Part shown: positions 29,761 to 39,720 of the stretch, piece by piece
Layout: each line of letters begins with the position of its first letter
How positions within the stretch are numbered: the first letter of the stretch is position 1
NCBI GenBank assembly: GCA_963677495.2
Contig: CAXXOU010000001.1
Location: forward strand, 64,001 to 128,000
Length of the DNA stretch: 64,000 nucleotides
Reading direction: 5' to 3'
Origin: Candidatus Cloacimonadales bacterium
Lineage (GTDB): Bacteria > Cloacimonadota > Cloacimonadia > Cloacimonadales > JAFGVF01
Notes under the pieces: generated by a model
What the model was told of the DNA's origin: nothing
Seen by the model: the letters and a program-made list of their open reading frames with translations, nothing else
Databases searched by the model: none
Translations under genes and position numbers: made by a program

Positions 29761-31298
29761 GCTATATGCTCCTTAAGTTGTATCTCGAATGTAGTACCTT
29801 CCGGTGAAGTCTCCAAAACCTTTATCTTACCTTCATGGTACTCTTCGACAATCCTCTTAACTAAACTAAGTCCTAATCCCCAACCTCTGGTTTTGGTAGT
29901 AAAACCCGGTTCGAATATTTTCTTAGTCATATTTTTGGGGATACCTTTGCCTTGGTCTTTTAGATGTAGATGGATGTTATTCTTCTCCTTAGCAATGGAA
30001 ATAGTTATCATTCCACCCTTTGCAGTCATAGCATCAATGCTATTCTTAACCAAATTCTCCAAGGTCCATTGGAATAATTCTTTATCCATAGAAGCTATTA
30101 GATCAGTATCTCTACAAATTAAATCAATATCAATTTTGGCACTGAAATGAGGTAAACGGGTATCAAAATAGGCTACAGTTTCCTTTACAGTTTCATAGAC
30201 ATTCAATGGTTTCAGCTTAATATTAGAACCTACTTTTCCAAAACGTGATGCTATCTTTTGCAGATGCTTTACATCCTCTGAGATATTATCTAACATAGGA
30301 TTAACTTCTATTGCTTCGGGACTGTCCTCAAAATGGAGTTTAAGATATTCAGTCCAACCTTGTAGCGAAGTAATAGGAGTCCCAAACTGGTGAGCTGTTT
30401 CTTTTGCTAATCCTACCCATAGTGTATCCTTCTCTGAGTTCTTAATCATCAGGAAGCCATAGCTACCGAAAGCTAAGAATAGTACTATCAACAGAATCTC
30501 AACATACACAAGAGAACGAATCTTCTTTAAGGAGTCTGATTCCTCAAAGTAAACGAATCCAACTCTCTTACCATTTGCTTCCAAGGGAAACTCAACCATT
30601 TTGTTCATTCTTCCGTTAATAAACTCTTTATTCGGTTCATTAAGCTCATCATACTTTATATTTTCAAGTATCCCCATATTACGCCAATAACGTGGTTTTC
30701 TAAACTCATCTGTCACAATAAGTGAGTACTGCACATCCTGAACAAAGTCTTCAAATCCTGACTGGCTTCTATAGAAAACATATCCAACTACTTTGTCCCC
30801 ATATTTAAGGGGGATAAGCTCCATTTCACGCTTAATCTTGTCGATATGTTCTTTGTAAACATGGCTCAAATCTTTGTATTGAACAGCTTCAGGGACATCC
30901 AGATTTCTCCAATAGAGGGGCTTCTTCTCATTATCAGCAATAATCACCGGCATTGCAATATTGGTAACAAACTCATCTCGAATATACTCAACTAATATCT
31001 CTTCATAATTATCTTCTGTCAGGGAGTTTATATATTTTGCAAACAACTCCGATATTAGCTTAGAATTGCTTTCTGCTTCCAGCATTTGTGATTCTATATA
31101 TACAATATAGTTAGCAAAACTTCTTGGGATGAACTCAGAATCTTGCTTAGCTTTCTTAAGAAGAATGTTCGTGTAGGTGATATAGAACCCAATTAGGACT
31201 ATACTACCAATAATAAAATAAAGCTGTAAAAAATTACTATTTTTCTGTGCGTTTAACCTGGTCCCAAACCCGGTCAAGTTCTTCAAGAGTCGCATCAT
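29757..31298 (-). CDS. Membrane sensor histidine kinase with duplicated periplasmic domain (start uncertain)
   Basis: WVGLAKETAHQFGTP H-box, ENLVKNSIDA, DQGKGI, FTTKTRGWGLGLS; two transmembrane helices. Confidence 0.9.
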   Translation of the reverse strand: MMRLLKNLTGFGTRLNAQKNSNFLQLYFIIGSIVLIGFYITYTNILLKKAKQDSEFIPRSFANYIVYIESQMLEAESNSKLISELFAKYINSLTEDNYEEILVEYIRDEFVTNIAMPVIIADNEKKPLYWRNLDVPEAVQYKDLSHVYKEHIDKIKREMELIPLKYGDKVVGYVFYRSQSGFEDFVQDVQYSLIVTDEFRKPRYWRNMGILENIKYDELNEPNKEFINGRMNKMVEFPLEANGKRVGFVYFEESDSLKKIRSLVYVEILLIVLFLAFGSYGFLMIKNSEKDTLWVGLAKETAHQFGTPITSLQGWTEYLKLHFEDSPEAIEVNPMLDNISEDVKHLQKIASRFGKVGSNIKLKPLNVYETVKETVAYFDTRLPHFSAKIDIDLICRDTDLIASMDKELFQWTLENLVKNSIDAMTAKGGMITISIAKEKNNIHLHLKDQGKGIPKNMTKKIFEPGFTTKTRGWGLGLSLVKRIVEEYHEGKIKVLETSPEGTTFEIQLKEHIA

Positions 31299-32013
31299 AC
31301 ATCTTTTCTCCGTTATCAGAGTAGATTTTCTCAACTTGTTTAAACCTTCTGACAAACTTGTTTATAGTGATTCGTAAAGCAATTTCAGAATCTACGTGTA
31401 GTTTTCTGGCAAGATTCACCACTGAGAATAATAGGTCCCCGACTTCCTCTTCAACTTTACTTTGGTCACCCGATTCTATAGCTTCTCTAATTTCGTCCTG
31501 CTCCTCATCTATCTTTCCAAAGATAGGTTCAATAGAATCCCAATCAAAGCCAATGGAAGCAGCTTTTTCCTGTAGCCTATGAGCAACAATAAGAGCAGGC
31601 ATAGAAAGTGGAGTTCCATCAAGGATAGATTCCCTTTCCTTTTTCTTCTCCTCCTGCTTCATCCTCTCCCAATTGATCTTTACCTCATCAGCATCATTCT
31701 CTTTCTTTTCTCCAAAGATATGAGGATGTCTTCTTATAAGTTTTTCTGAGATACCGTTCAATGAATCTGCTACCGTAAACTCTTTATTCTCCTCTGCAAT
31801 TCTACATTGCATGAGCAGATGTAGCATCAAGTCACCAAGCTCCTCTTTGAGAGCTTTCGGGTCATTATCCTCTATCGCTTCAACTGTTTCATAGAGCTCT
31901 TCTATGAAGTTAGGAACAAGTGATTTATGCGTTTGCTTAAGATCCCACGGACAACCATCCAGAGGATCTCTAAGTTTGGCAATGATCTCAACTAATCTAT
32001 CAAATTCTTTCAT
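31237..32013 (-). CDS. mazG: Nucleoside triphosphate pyrophosphohydrolase MazG
   Basis: LRDPLDGCPWD, EELGDL, KLIRRHPHIFG and EEEVGDLLFS motifs. Confidence 0.96.
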   Translation of the reverse strand: MKEFDRLVEIIAKLRDPLDGCPWDLKQTHKSLVPNFIEELYETVEAIEDNDPKALKEELGDLMLHLLMQCRIAEENKEFTVADSLNGISEKLIRRHPHIFGEKKENDADEVKINWERMKQEEKKKERESILDGTPLSMPALIVAHRLQEKAASIGFDWDSIEPIFGKIDEEQDEIREAIESGDQSKVEEEVGDLLFSVVNLARKLHVDSEIALRITINKFVRRFKQVEKIYSDNGEKMYDATLEELDRVWDQVKRTEK

Positions 32014-32041
32014 CTATATTATCTATCCTTTTGCGTTATCA

Positions 32042-34753
32042 TTAATGAGCTTCATACCAGTTGTCACCTTCTCCAATGTCAACTGTTAATGGAATAATGC
32101 CCTTATACTCATCAGGAAGTGCTTTTTCCATCTCCTCTTTGATCAGCTTCTTAGCTCTATCAATCTCAAAAGTGTCTACTTCAAAAATTAGCTCATCATG
32201 TACCTGAATTATCATCTTAATATATTCATCATCTTTCAATCGCTGTTGCACATTATTCATTGCTACTTTGATTATATCTGCTGCACTTCCTTGAATTGGC
32301 ATATTTACTGCGACTCGCTCTGAGTCTGAAGCAAATCTGTTCTCTTTATTTATGTTTGGCAAATAAAGCCTTCTTCCCAACATTGTTTCACAATACTCAT
32401 TCTGCTTTGCAAATTTAACCTGTTCATCCATCCAGTTTTTGATTGTAGGGAAAGTTTTGAAGTAGTTTTCTATGAACTGTTTCGCTTCTTTTCTACTAAT
32501 GTTTAGTGTCTGAGAGAGTTTTACTGATCCCATCCCATAGATAATTCCAAAGTTAATAGTTTTTGCTTGAGAACGCTGCTCTTTCGAGACCTGCTCTTCC
32601 GGTATATCAAAGATAAGAGCTGCTGTTCTAGTGTGTATGTCTATCCCTTCACTAAAAGCCTTTATCATCTCTTTATCTTTAGAGAGAATTGCTAAAAGCC
32701 TTAACTCAATCTGAGAGTAATCCGCTGATATTATCATGTTTGATGCTTCTTCAGCATGGAAAGCTTTCCTAATCTCTCTTCCCATCTCAGTTCGAATAGG
32801 GATATTCTGCAGGTTGGGGTTTGTTGACGATAATCTACCTGTAGAAGCAATTGTCTGATTAAATGATGAATGAATCCTACCACTCTTACTGTTAATCAGC
32901 TTAGGTAGAGCTGTTACGTAGGTAGAGAGCAATTTAGTTAGCTGACGATAATCACTAATATGTCTTGCTATCTCATGCTCATGTGCAAGTTTTTCAAGAA
33001 CCGTAGTATCAGTGGAATAACCGGTCTTAGTCTTCTTCACAGGTGGGATTCCCATATCTTCAAACAGAAGTTTACCAAGCTGTTTTGTAGAGTTTAAGTT
33101 TAACTCATAACCTGCAATCTCATAGATATTATTCTCTAGTTCCTCTCTTAGTTTCTCTATACGTTCTTCCAATCCACTTAAGAAATCAGTATCACAGAAC
33201 ACACCATTTTGTTCCATCACTAGAAGTGTAGAGATTAAAGGCATCTCCATTTCAAAGAAGAGCTTATCCAAATTGTTATTCTCAAGTCGTTCACAGTACA
33301 TCTTGTGAAGCAAGTATGTCACATAAGCATCTTCTGCAGAGTATTTACATGCTGTTTGCAAAGGAACTCTATCGAATGTAAGTTGATTCTTGCCTTTACC
33401 TATCAACTCAGAGATAGGCATCATTTCATAATCTAACTCAATCTCAGCACATTTATCCAGTGAGTAACCTCCACGACCTGCATCAAGCAGATAAGCAGCT
33501 ACCATGGTATCAAACAGCTTGTTCCTTAAGTCATAGCCCTCATAGTGCAATACATGTAGATCATACTTGATGTTATGACCAATCAAGATCTTGTTCTTGA
33601 GTGCTTTCACAAGTTTAGGCAAATACTTATCAATGTCTAAGTTATCAGCTTCCAAGTGCCTAAAAGGTATGTAGCAACCTTGTCCATCTTCAAAAGCAAT
33701 CGCAACACCAACAAGATCACAATCATGAGCATCAATTCCTGTAGTTTCAGTATCAAAAGCGATAAATTCATGCTTAACCATCTTATCTATCATCTCAAGA
33801 AATGACTTTTCTGTATTTACTAAGATTGGTTTGAACTCAACTTCTGATTCCTCTTTTATCTGATCCTCTTTCACAAAATCTTCAAGTTTCTCTCCAAAAA
33901 CTGTTGCCAGTTTCTTCTTCAAACTAGCTATCTCATAGAAATCAAGAAAATCACTTACCTTCTGGAAATCAGTCGGAGCAAAAAGAAACTCCTTTTCATC
34001 AGTTTCAATTGGTACATCCAAAACAATCTTTGCTAGTTTCCTTGAAGTGAAAGCATCCTCTTTGAACTCAATCAGTTTCTTCTGCTTTGAACCCTTAATC
34101 TCATCAACATGTTCATAAATTCCTTCAAGAGTGTCATACTCCTGTAACAATGCTGAAGCTGTTTTAGGTCCTATCCCCTTTACTCCGGGAATATTATCAG
34201 CTGAGTCACCCATCAATGCAAGATAATCCACAAACTGGTCAGGTCTAACACCATATTTCTCATATACCTTTTCAGGATTAAGGAACTGCTCTTTCTTTGG
34301 GTCGAAAATACCAACATTCTCACTTACAACTTGAGCATAATCTTTGTCACCGGTTACAAGCACAACATTGAATTTATCCTTGTATCGGTCAGCCATTGTG
34401 CAAAGCACATCATCAGCTTCATATCCCGGTAGTGAATACTCATCCATCCCAAGCAAACTGAAGAACTGACGTATAGGTTCCAATTGCGAAACAAGCTCAT
34501 TTGGCATAGGGGGTCTATTGGCTTTATAATCAGAGCTAATCTCAACTCTGAATGTTGGCTCTTTCCTATCAAAACCGATTGCAAAATACTTACCCTCTGA
34601 GACATCCAGTAATCTCAAAAATGAGTTTATTGTACCAAACAAGGCACTCGTATGTTGTCCTTTCGAGTTAATGAGTGGGTTCTTTATGAATGCGAAATAT
34701 GCTCTGTATAAAATTGCTGTTCCATCTATCAAATATAGCGTATCTTTTGCCAT
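32042..34753 (-). CDS. polA: DNA polymerase I
   Basis: 5'-3' exonuclease (LIDG, EADD, GDSADNIPGVKGIGPKTA), 3'-5' exonuclease FDTETT, polymerase SADYSQIELR, KTINFGIIYG, QVHDEL. Confidence 0.98.
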   Translation of the reverse strand: MAKDTLYLIDGTAILYRAYFAFIKNPLINSKGQHTSALFGTINSFLRLLDVSEGKYFAIGFDRKEPTFRVEISSDYKANRPPMPNELVSQLEPIRQFFSLLGMDEYSLPGYEADDVLCTMADRYKDKFNVVLVTGDKDYAQVVSENVGIFDPKKEQFLNPEKVYEKYGVRPDQFVDYLALMGDSADNIPGVKGIGPKTASALLQEYDTLEGIYEHVDEIKGSKQKKLIEFKEDAFTSRKLAKIVLDVPIETDEKEFLFAPTDFQKVSDFLDFYEIASLKKKLATVFGEKLEDFVKEDQIKEESEVEFKPILVNTEKSFLEMIDKMVKHEFIAFDTETTGIDAHDCDLVGVAIAFEDGQGCYIPFRHLEADNLDIDKYLPKLVKALKNKILIGHNIKYDLHVLHYEGYDLRNKLFDTMVAAYLLDAGRGGYSLDKCAEIELDYEMMPISELIGKGKNQLTFDRVPLQTACKYSAEDAYVTYLLHKMYCERLENNNLDKLFFEMEMPLISTLLVMEQNGVFCDTDFLSGLEERIEKLREELENNIYEIAGYELNLNSTKQLGKLLFEDMGIPPVKKTKTGYSTDTTVLEKLAHEHEIARHISDYRQLTKLLSTYVTALPKLINSKSGRIHSSFNQTIASTGRLSSTNPNLQNIPIRTEMGREIRKAFHAEEASNMIISADYSQIELRLLAILSKDKEMIKAFSEGIDIHTRTAALIFDIPEEQVSKEQRSQAKTINFGIIYGMGSVKLSQTLNISRKEAKQFIENYFKTFPTIKNWMDEQVKFAKQNEYCETMLGRRLYLPNINKENRFASDSERVAVNMPIQGSAADIIKVAMNNVQQRLKDDEYIKMIIQVHDELIFEVDTFEIDRAKKLIKEEMEKALPDEYKGIIPLTVDIGEGDNWYEAH

Positions 34754-35200
34754 AGTAATTCCTTAAGATTTTTGTGAAAAGTAAACTGTGTCTTAATGGT
34801 GTCAAGGAAAATGCAGAACATCTACCTTCGAAATGGTACTCTTGTCCATTCTCCTCTCGGAAAAGAGTTCCAGTATCTCTGAGTATCTTCACTTCAAGCT
34901 TAACGTTTCTTTCGCCTATCATCAGCCTATCTTAATACAGGTTTAATATCTATCTTTTTCTGCCTGCTTTCCGGACAGTCTCTTATCCTCCAGCCCCAGG
35001 GAGCCCCAAGAGACTCCCTGGAATCGGACAGTTTTCTCTGCTTTATTATGATAGGGCAAAGAGAGGATGATTATACTATTATCATTGTCCTCTACTTTTC
35101 TATATTCGTTCCGGTTTAGCTGATTTGTGGGTACAATGGACGTAATACTTGATTGCTCTATCTTAATAGAAAATGAGCTTGTATCTTTGGGCCATCTGAC

Positions 35201-35267
35201 TCCAATCCAATTCCCATCTGTTGTAACGGGAAGCTAACGGGGATCTAACGGGAAGCTAACGGGGAGC
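35201..35267 (+). repeat. Intergenic element with 4 x 11-bp tandem repeat, homologous to 4094-4150
   Basis: CCCATCTGTTG followed by taacgggaagc/taacggggatc/taacgggaagc/taacggggagc. Confidence 0.8.
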
Positions 35268-35387
35268 GAATTGGTAGTAAGAAGATGAAATTGGGGTTAG
35301 AATCATGGACAAGATTGGGGCCAAGGCATCCCTGTTCGGATTTGAAAACCGTATTCTTCTGCTTTTTAAGAGGGCAGAAAATATAAC

Positions 35388-35726
35388 TAAGTTACTGTGT
35401 AAGGCACTATGTAGATATTTCAGTAGCTGTCGCAATAGCGACCGAAGGAAGATGGGCGAATAGAGAAAATAGCGAAAGTACATCACTATGAGTCCAACTC
35501 TCTTCGATCACTATGACTCAAATGATGTAAGTTATTGCAAATTGCACTGTGTATGTTTGCTTTCAGATGACGATTTTAAGGTTCATTTCAGGAAGTCCGT
35601 TCTCCTTATCAGTCTGACAAACTCCCTGAAATGCAGCAAGTTGTTTGTTTGCACTGAACTCATCGCGAAAGTGTGCAAAAATTAGATACATGACAAGACG
35701 CACCAACGCAGATGGTGCACTCCATA
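35388..35726 (-). repeat. Inverted, expanded copy of the REP-like 141-bp repeat at 49121-49410
   Basis: 35691-35726 is the exact reverse complement of 49133-49168; 35401-35470 matches the reverse complement of about 49186-49256. Confidence 0.85.
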
Positions 35727-35764
35727 TTTTCGCAAGTTTCTATGAACGCTAGTTAGGTTGTAGA

Positions 35765-36070
35765 TTATTTCAACTTATCAGCTAAATCCCAACGTCTTCT
35801 TTGAATGAGGATTTCTGACAAAACTTCAAGATATAGGGATTCATTTATGATTTCATCTTCATCACTATAATATAGTTCAACATGTCCTTCAGGAATTGCT
35901 CCTTCGGTTTCAATATCATACTCATCAAGTTCTTCCGGGTAGATAATCCCCAGCGTAGTTTCAACACCATAGCCTTCACGATTAATAGCTTTCTCAACTA
36001 CCTCGTCAAGTGAGAGATGAGCCCTCTGAATCAACATCTCAACAATCTCTTTAACATCATTTTTATTCAT
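35765..36070 (-). CDS. Small acidic protein resembling CdiI-type toxin immunity proteins
   Basis: EGYGVE...YPEELDEYD...EG.VE.....DEII...YLEVL pattern recalled from CdiI-like families; no toxin gene nearby. Confidence 0.45.
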   Translation of the reverse strand: MNKNDVKEIVEMLIQRAHLSLDEVVEKAINREGYGVETTLGIIYPEELDEYDIETEGAIPEGHVELYYSDEDEIINESLYLEVLSEILIQRRRWDLADKLK

Positions 36071-36212
36071 ATATCTTTGCTAACCGGGGGAAAAAAACAG
36101 TCAAGAGAATTGATGGAAAAATAAGTAGTTAGGGATTTATATTGACAGAGTTTTGAAATACTAAAAATTGTTTGTAAAATACGCTAAATAAAACTATATA
36201 CGGAGGTTTTTG

Positions 36213-37274
36213 ATGAGAACATGTGGAAATCGTTACGGCACACATAGAGTTGTTGAGCCACAAGGTGTTTTACCACAGCCTGCAAGAGTAGTTAACAATG
36301 ATATGACAGAGATCTGGGACAATGAAATGTTAATCGACGTAATTCGTCTTAATGTGGACTCAGCATCTTTCCATCAGATTAAAGAAAAACTTATTGCTCA
36401 GGGTCACGAGAATGATCTTGAACAGGCTTTTGCTGATCATGTTATTGATCTTACTGACAGAACAGGAAAACATAAAAATGAAGATACAGGTTCAGGCGGA
36501 ATGCTTATTGGTCGCGTATCTGCAATCGGACCTAACTTCGAAATGAAAGAGGAAGTTAAAGTTGGCGATAAAATCGCTACACTCGTATCACTTTCACTTA
36601 CTCCTCTGAAAGTAAACAAAGTAAACAAAGTTCATTTAAATAAAGATCAAGTTGATGTTGAAGGACAAGCAATTCTTTTCAGCTCAGGTATCTATGCTAA
36701 ATTACCTGAAGATATGGATGAGAACCTTGCACTTTCTATTCTTGATGTAGCCGGTGCTCCTGCACAGGTTGAAAGACTTGCAAAACCGGGTGACACAGTA
36801 GTTATCCTTGGTTCAGGTGGAAAATCAGGTATTCTTTGTAATGCAATTGCTAAAGAGAGAGTTGGTGTATCCGGTAAAGTTATTGGACTTGTACATCATG
36901 AAAACCATAAAAATGACTGCTACATTACCGGTTGTGACCATGTTGCTATTGGTGATGCAACTAATGCAGTTCAGGTTGAAGAAATTGTGCACAAAGCTAC
37001 TGATGGTAAGATGGCTGACCTTGTTGTAAACGTTGTGAACGTTGATAACACAGAGATGGCTTCAATCATGGCTTGTAAAGATAGAGGAGTGGTTTACTTC
37101 TTCTCAATGGCAACATCTTTCACAAAGGCTGCTCTTGGTGCAGAAGGTATTGGAGCTGATGTTGATATGATCCTTGGTAATGGTTATGCTCATAATCACG
37201 CAATGATCTCTATCGACCTTCTCAAGAGAAATGAAACTCTTATGAAGTTATTCAAAGAGAGATATACAGACTAA
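36213..37274 (+). CDS. kdd: L-erythro-3,5-diaminohexanoate dehydrogenase
   Basis: YGTHRVVEP.GVLPQPA, LNVDSASF, TGSGGMLIG, LDVAGAPAQ and FFSMATSFTKAALGAEG motifs; adjacent to kamA. Confidence 0.93.
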   Translation: MRTCGNRYGTHRVVEPQGVLPQPARVVNNDMTEIWDNEMLIDVIRLNVDSASFHQIKEKLIAQGHENDLEQAFADHVIDLTDRTGKHKNEDTGSGGMLIGRVSAIGPNFEMKEEVKVGDKIATLVSLSLTPLKVNKVNKVHLNKDQVDVEGQAILFSSGIYAKLPEDMDENLALSILDVAGAPAQVERLAKPGDTVVILGSGGKSGILCNAIAKERVGVSGKVIGLVHHENHKNDCYITGCDHVAIGDATNAVQVEEIVHKATDGKMADLVVNVVNVDNTEMASIMACKDRGVVYFFSMATSFTKAALGAEGIGADVDMILGNGYAHNHAMISIDLLKRNETLMKLFKERYTD

Positions 37275-37292
37275 ATATTATTAGATAGACAT

Positions 37293-37318
37293 AAAAGCTC
37301 AGGAAACTGAGCTTTTTC
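37293..37318 (+). terminator. Terminator-like hairpin between kdd and kamA
   Basis: AAAAGCTCAG-gaaa-CTGAGCTTTTT. Confidence 0.75.
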
Positions 37319-37340
37319 TATCTTTCAAAGAGGTATTAAA

Positions 37341-38609
37341 ATGATTACAGATATAAAATCAACCGCAACTGAACAGGAGTGGAACGACTGGCATTGGCAG
37401 TTGAGAAATAGAATCTCAACAGTCGAAGAGTTAAAAAAATATATCGTTCTTACTGAAGAAGAAGAAGCACTTTTTGCTGATGAAGATTTCTCATTCAGAA
37501 TGGCCATTACTCCTTACTACCTTTCACTTATCGATCATTATGATCCTAATGACCCTATCAGAAAACAGGCTATTCCTGCTATTATGGAAAGCTTCCTATC
37601 TAAAAATGATATGGCTGACCCATTGCATGAGGATGTTGATTCTCCTGCAAAAGGTCTCACACATAGATATCCGGATCGTACACTTCTCTTAGTTACAGAT
37701 CAGTGTTCAATGTATTGTCGTCACTGTACTCGCCGTCGTAAAGCCGGTGAGAATGATATGGCAATGCCTATGTCTGAAATTAATAAAGGAATTGAATATA
37801 TTAGACAGCATAAAGAAGTGCGTGATGTAATCATCAGTGGTGGCGACCCACTTACATTAGGAGAGAAGAGACTTGAAGAGATTATCTCTCAGCTTTATGA
37901 AATAGAGCATGTTGACATAATCAGAATCGGTTCCAGAACTCCTGTTGTTCAGCCACAAAGAATCACAGATGAGCTTTGTGCGATGTTTAAGAAGTATCCA
38001 CCAATTTGGTTCAATACACATTTTAATCACCCTAATGAGATTACTCCTGAGTCAAAAGAAGCTCTAAGAAAGCTCGCAGAATCAGGTGTGGTTCTTGGTA
38101 ATCAGACAGTTCTACTTAAAGGTGTAAATGATCATGTTGAGGTTATGAAAAAACTCATGCACCTTCTTGTTAAGAACCGTGTTAGACCTTATTATATTTA
38201 CCAATGTGACCTTTCTGAAGGTATTTCTCACTTCAGAACTCCAATTTCAAAAGGTATTGAGATTATTGAGTCATTGAGAGGACATACATCAGGTTTATGT
38301 GTTCCTACTTTTGTTGTAGACGCACCGGGTGGTGGTGGAAAGATTCCAGTACAGCCAAACTACATCTTATCACAGATGCCTGGAAGAGTTATTCTTCGCA
38401 ACTATGAAGGCTTCATTACAACATACACAGAACCTCAGTATCAGATACAGAAACGCGAAGATTATCGTGGATTAGTTGAAGAGGTAAGACGTTCTGATGA
38501 TGGTGTTATGAATCTTCTCTATGGTAATAATCTTTCATTTGGTCCTGAAGATACCAAACGTAATGTTCGTCAGGAACAGATTAAAGCTTTTAAAGCTAAA
38601 CAAGACTAG
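37341..38609 (+). CDS. kamA: Lysine 2,3-aminomutase (radical SAM, PLP)
   Basis: WNDWHWQ, LTHRYPDR, CSMYCRHCTRRR, RGHTSG and DAPGGGGKIP motifs. Confidence 0.96.
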   Translation: MITDIKSTATEQEWNDWHWQLRNRISTVEELKKYIVLTEEEEALFADEDFSFRMAITPYYLSLIDHYDPNDPIRKQAIPAIMESFLSKNDMADPLHEDVDSPAKGLTHRYPDRTLLLVTDQCSMYCRHCTRRRKAGENDMAMPMSEINKGIEYIRQHKEVRDVIISGGDPLTLGEKRLEEIISQLYEIEHVDIIRIGSRTPVVQPQRITDELCAMFKKYPPIWFNTHFNHPNEITPESKEALRKLAESGVVLGNQTVLLKGVNDHVEVMKKLMHLLVKNRVRPYYIYQCDLSEGISHFRTPISKGIEIIESLRGHTSGLCVPTFVVDAPGGGGKIPVQPNYILSQMPGRVILRNYEGFITTYTEPQYQIQKREDYRGLVEEVRRSDDGVMNLLYGNNLSFGPEDTKRNVRQEQIKAFKAKQD

Positions 38610-38616
38610 TTTCAAT

Positions 38617-38644
38617 GCCCCCTTTCATAGGGGGCTTTACTTCT
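38617..38644 (+). terminator. Terminator-like hairpin after kamA
   Basis: GCCCCCT-ttcat-AGGGGGC-TTT. Confidence 0.65.
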
Positions 38645-38645
38645 T

Positions 38646-39650
38646 ATGACAGCATACGATCAAATAAAACACTCTCTTTTTCCCAATGAAAGAATGGTAA
38701 TTGCAATTACCGGGCTTTCTAAGAATGCAGGGAAAACTTCTCTCCTAAATTGGTTGTTAAAGCATTTTCCACAGTATGAATATGGTTTAACAACTACCGG
38801 TAGAGATGGAGAGGAGAAGGACTTGGTTTTTGGAACCGAAAAACCAAAAGTAATCGTTTCTAAAGGAACAATAATTACGACTTTTGCTACTGAAATACAA
38901 CGTAACGCTCATTGTTATGAAGTACTTGAGAAAACAAGATTTCAGGCTGGAGGGAAGGATATTTGGATAGTACGGACAATCGCTGATTCCGAAGCTGAGA
39001 TTGTAGGCCCTGCCAGTGTAAGTGAACAACAAGAGATAATCAAAAGGCTACGCATTCTTGGAGCTAGTACCATAGTTATAGATGGTTCTTTAGATAGAAA
39101 AGCAGTTCTGTTAAATGAAAAGGTTCAAGCCATGATTATTGCTGCTGGTGCTAATTATGGTAATAGTGACTCCATTATCAAAGAACTTCGAAGATTGCAT
39201 ATTCTAAGAAATATTCCGATTGAGAGTGATGTACTAGCCAATCTGGACAATATTGCCATTTTCAAAGCTGGATGGATTCAAACAGAGTTACAGTCGTTAC
39301 TTGGAAATGAAAAGCAATTCCTTGAATTATGTCATGATCAGTATCCAGATAAGATATACATTCCAGGTGCGATTACAGGAGCAAATTGGCATAAACTTGG
39401 TAGTTTCTTTCTATCATTCCATGGGCGAGTTATAATCAGACATCCTTTTAATCTGCAGTTGAATCTAGTGAATGTCGAATTAATCTCAGAAGAGTTAGAT
39501 ATTACGACAGTCTATCCATTTATAATGAATGCAATAGCTGTGAATAGTGGGGCAATCAATGGTAATCACATAGATAGCGAGGCATTGTTAGCGGAAGTTA
39601 GAGAGTATATCCCAGAGTTACCTGTAATTGACATTATGGGCATCGAATAA
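38646..39650 (+). CDS. P-loop protein resembling the KamB-like accessory proteins of lysine fermentation clusters
   Basis: GLSKNAGKT, TTGRDGE..D and IDGSLDR motifs; lies directly after kamA. Confidence 0.65.
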   Translation: MTAYDQIKHSLFPNERMVIAITGLSKNAGKTSLLNWLLKHFPQYEYGLTTTGRDGEEKDLVFGTEKPKVIVSKGTIITTFATEIQRNAHCYEVLEKTRFQAGGKDIWIVRTIADSEAEIVGPASVSEQQEIIKRLRILGASTIVIDGSLDRKAVLLNEKVQAMIIAAGANYGNSDSIIKELRRLHILRNIPIESDVLANLDNIAIFKAGWIQTELQSLLGNEKQFLELCHDQYPDKIYIPGAITGANWHKLGSFFLSFHGRVIIRHPFNLQLNLVNVELISEELDITTVYPFIMNAIAVNSGAINGNHIDSEALLAEVREYIPELPVIDIMGIE

Positions 39651-39720
39651 ATATTTCATTTTTTTTATTGCCAAATTTACTCGAAACTGATTAACCTTCA
39701 TTCAATAAGGGGGTTGTCAG

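Noticed and set aside
35256..35685. ORFs 35256-35486 (-) and 35488-35685 (+)
   Set aside because: They overlap repeat DNA, lack an RBS and show no recognisable protein features.
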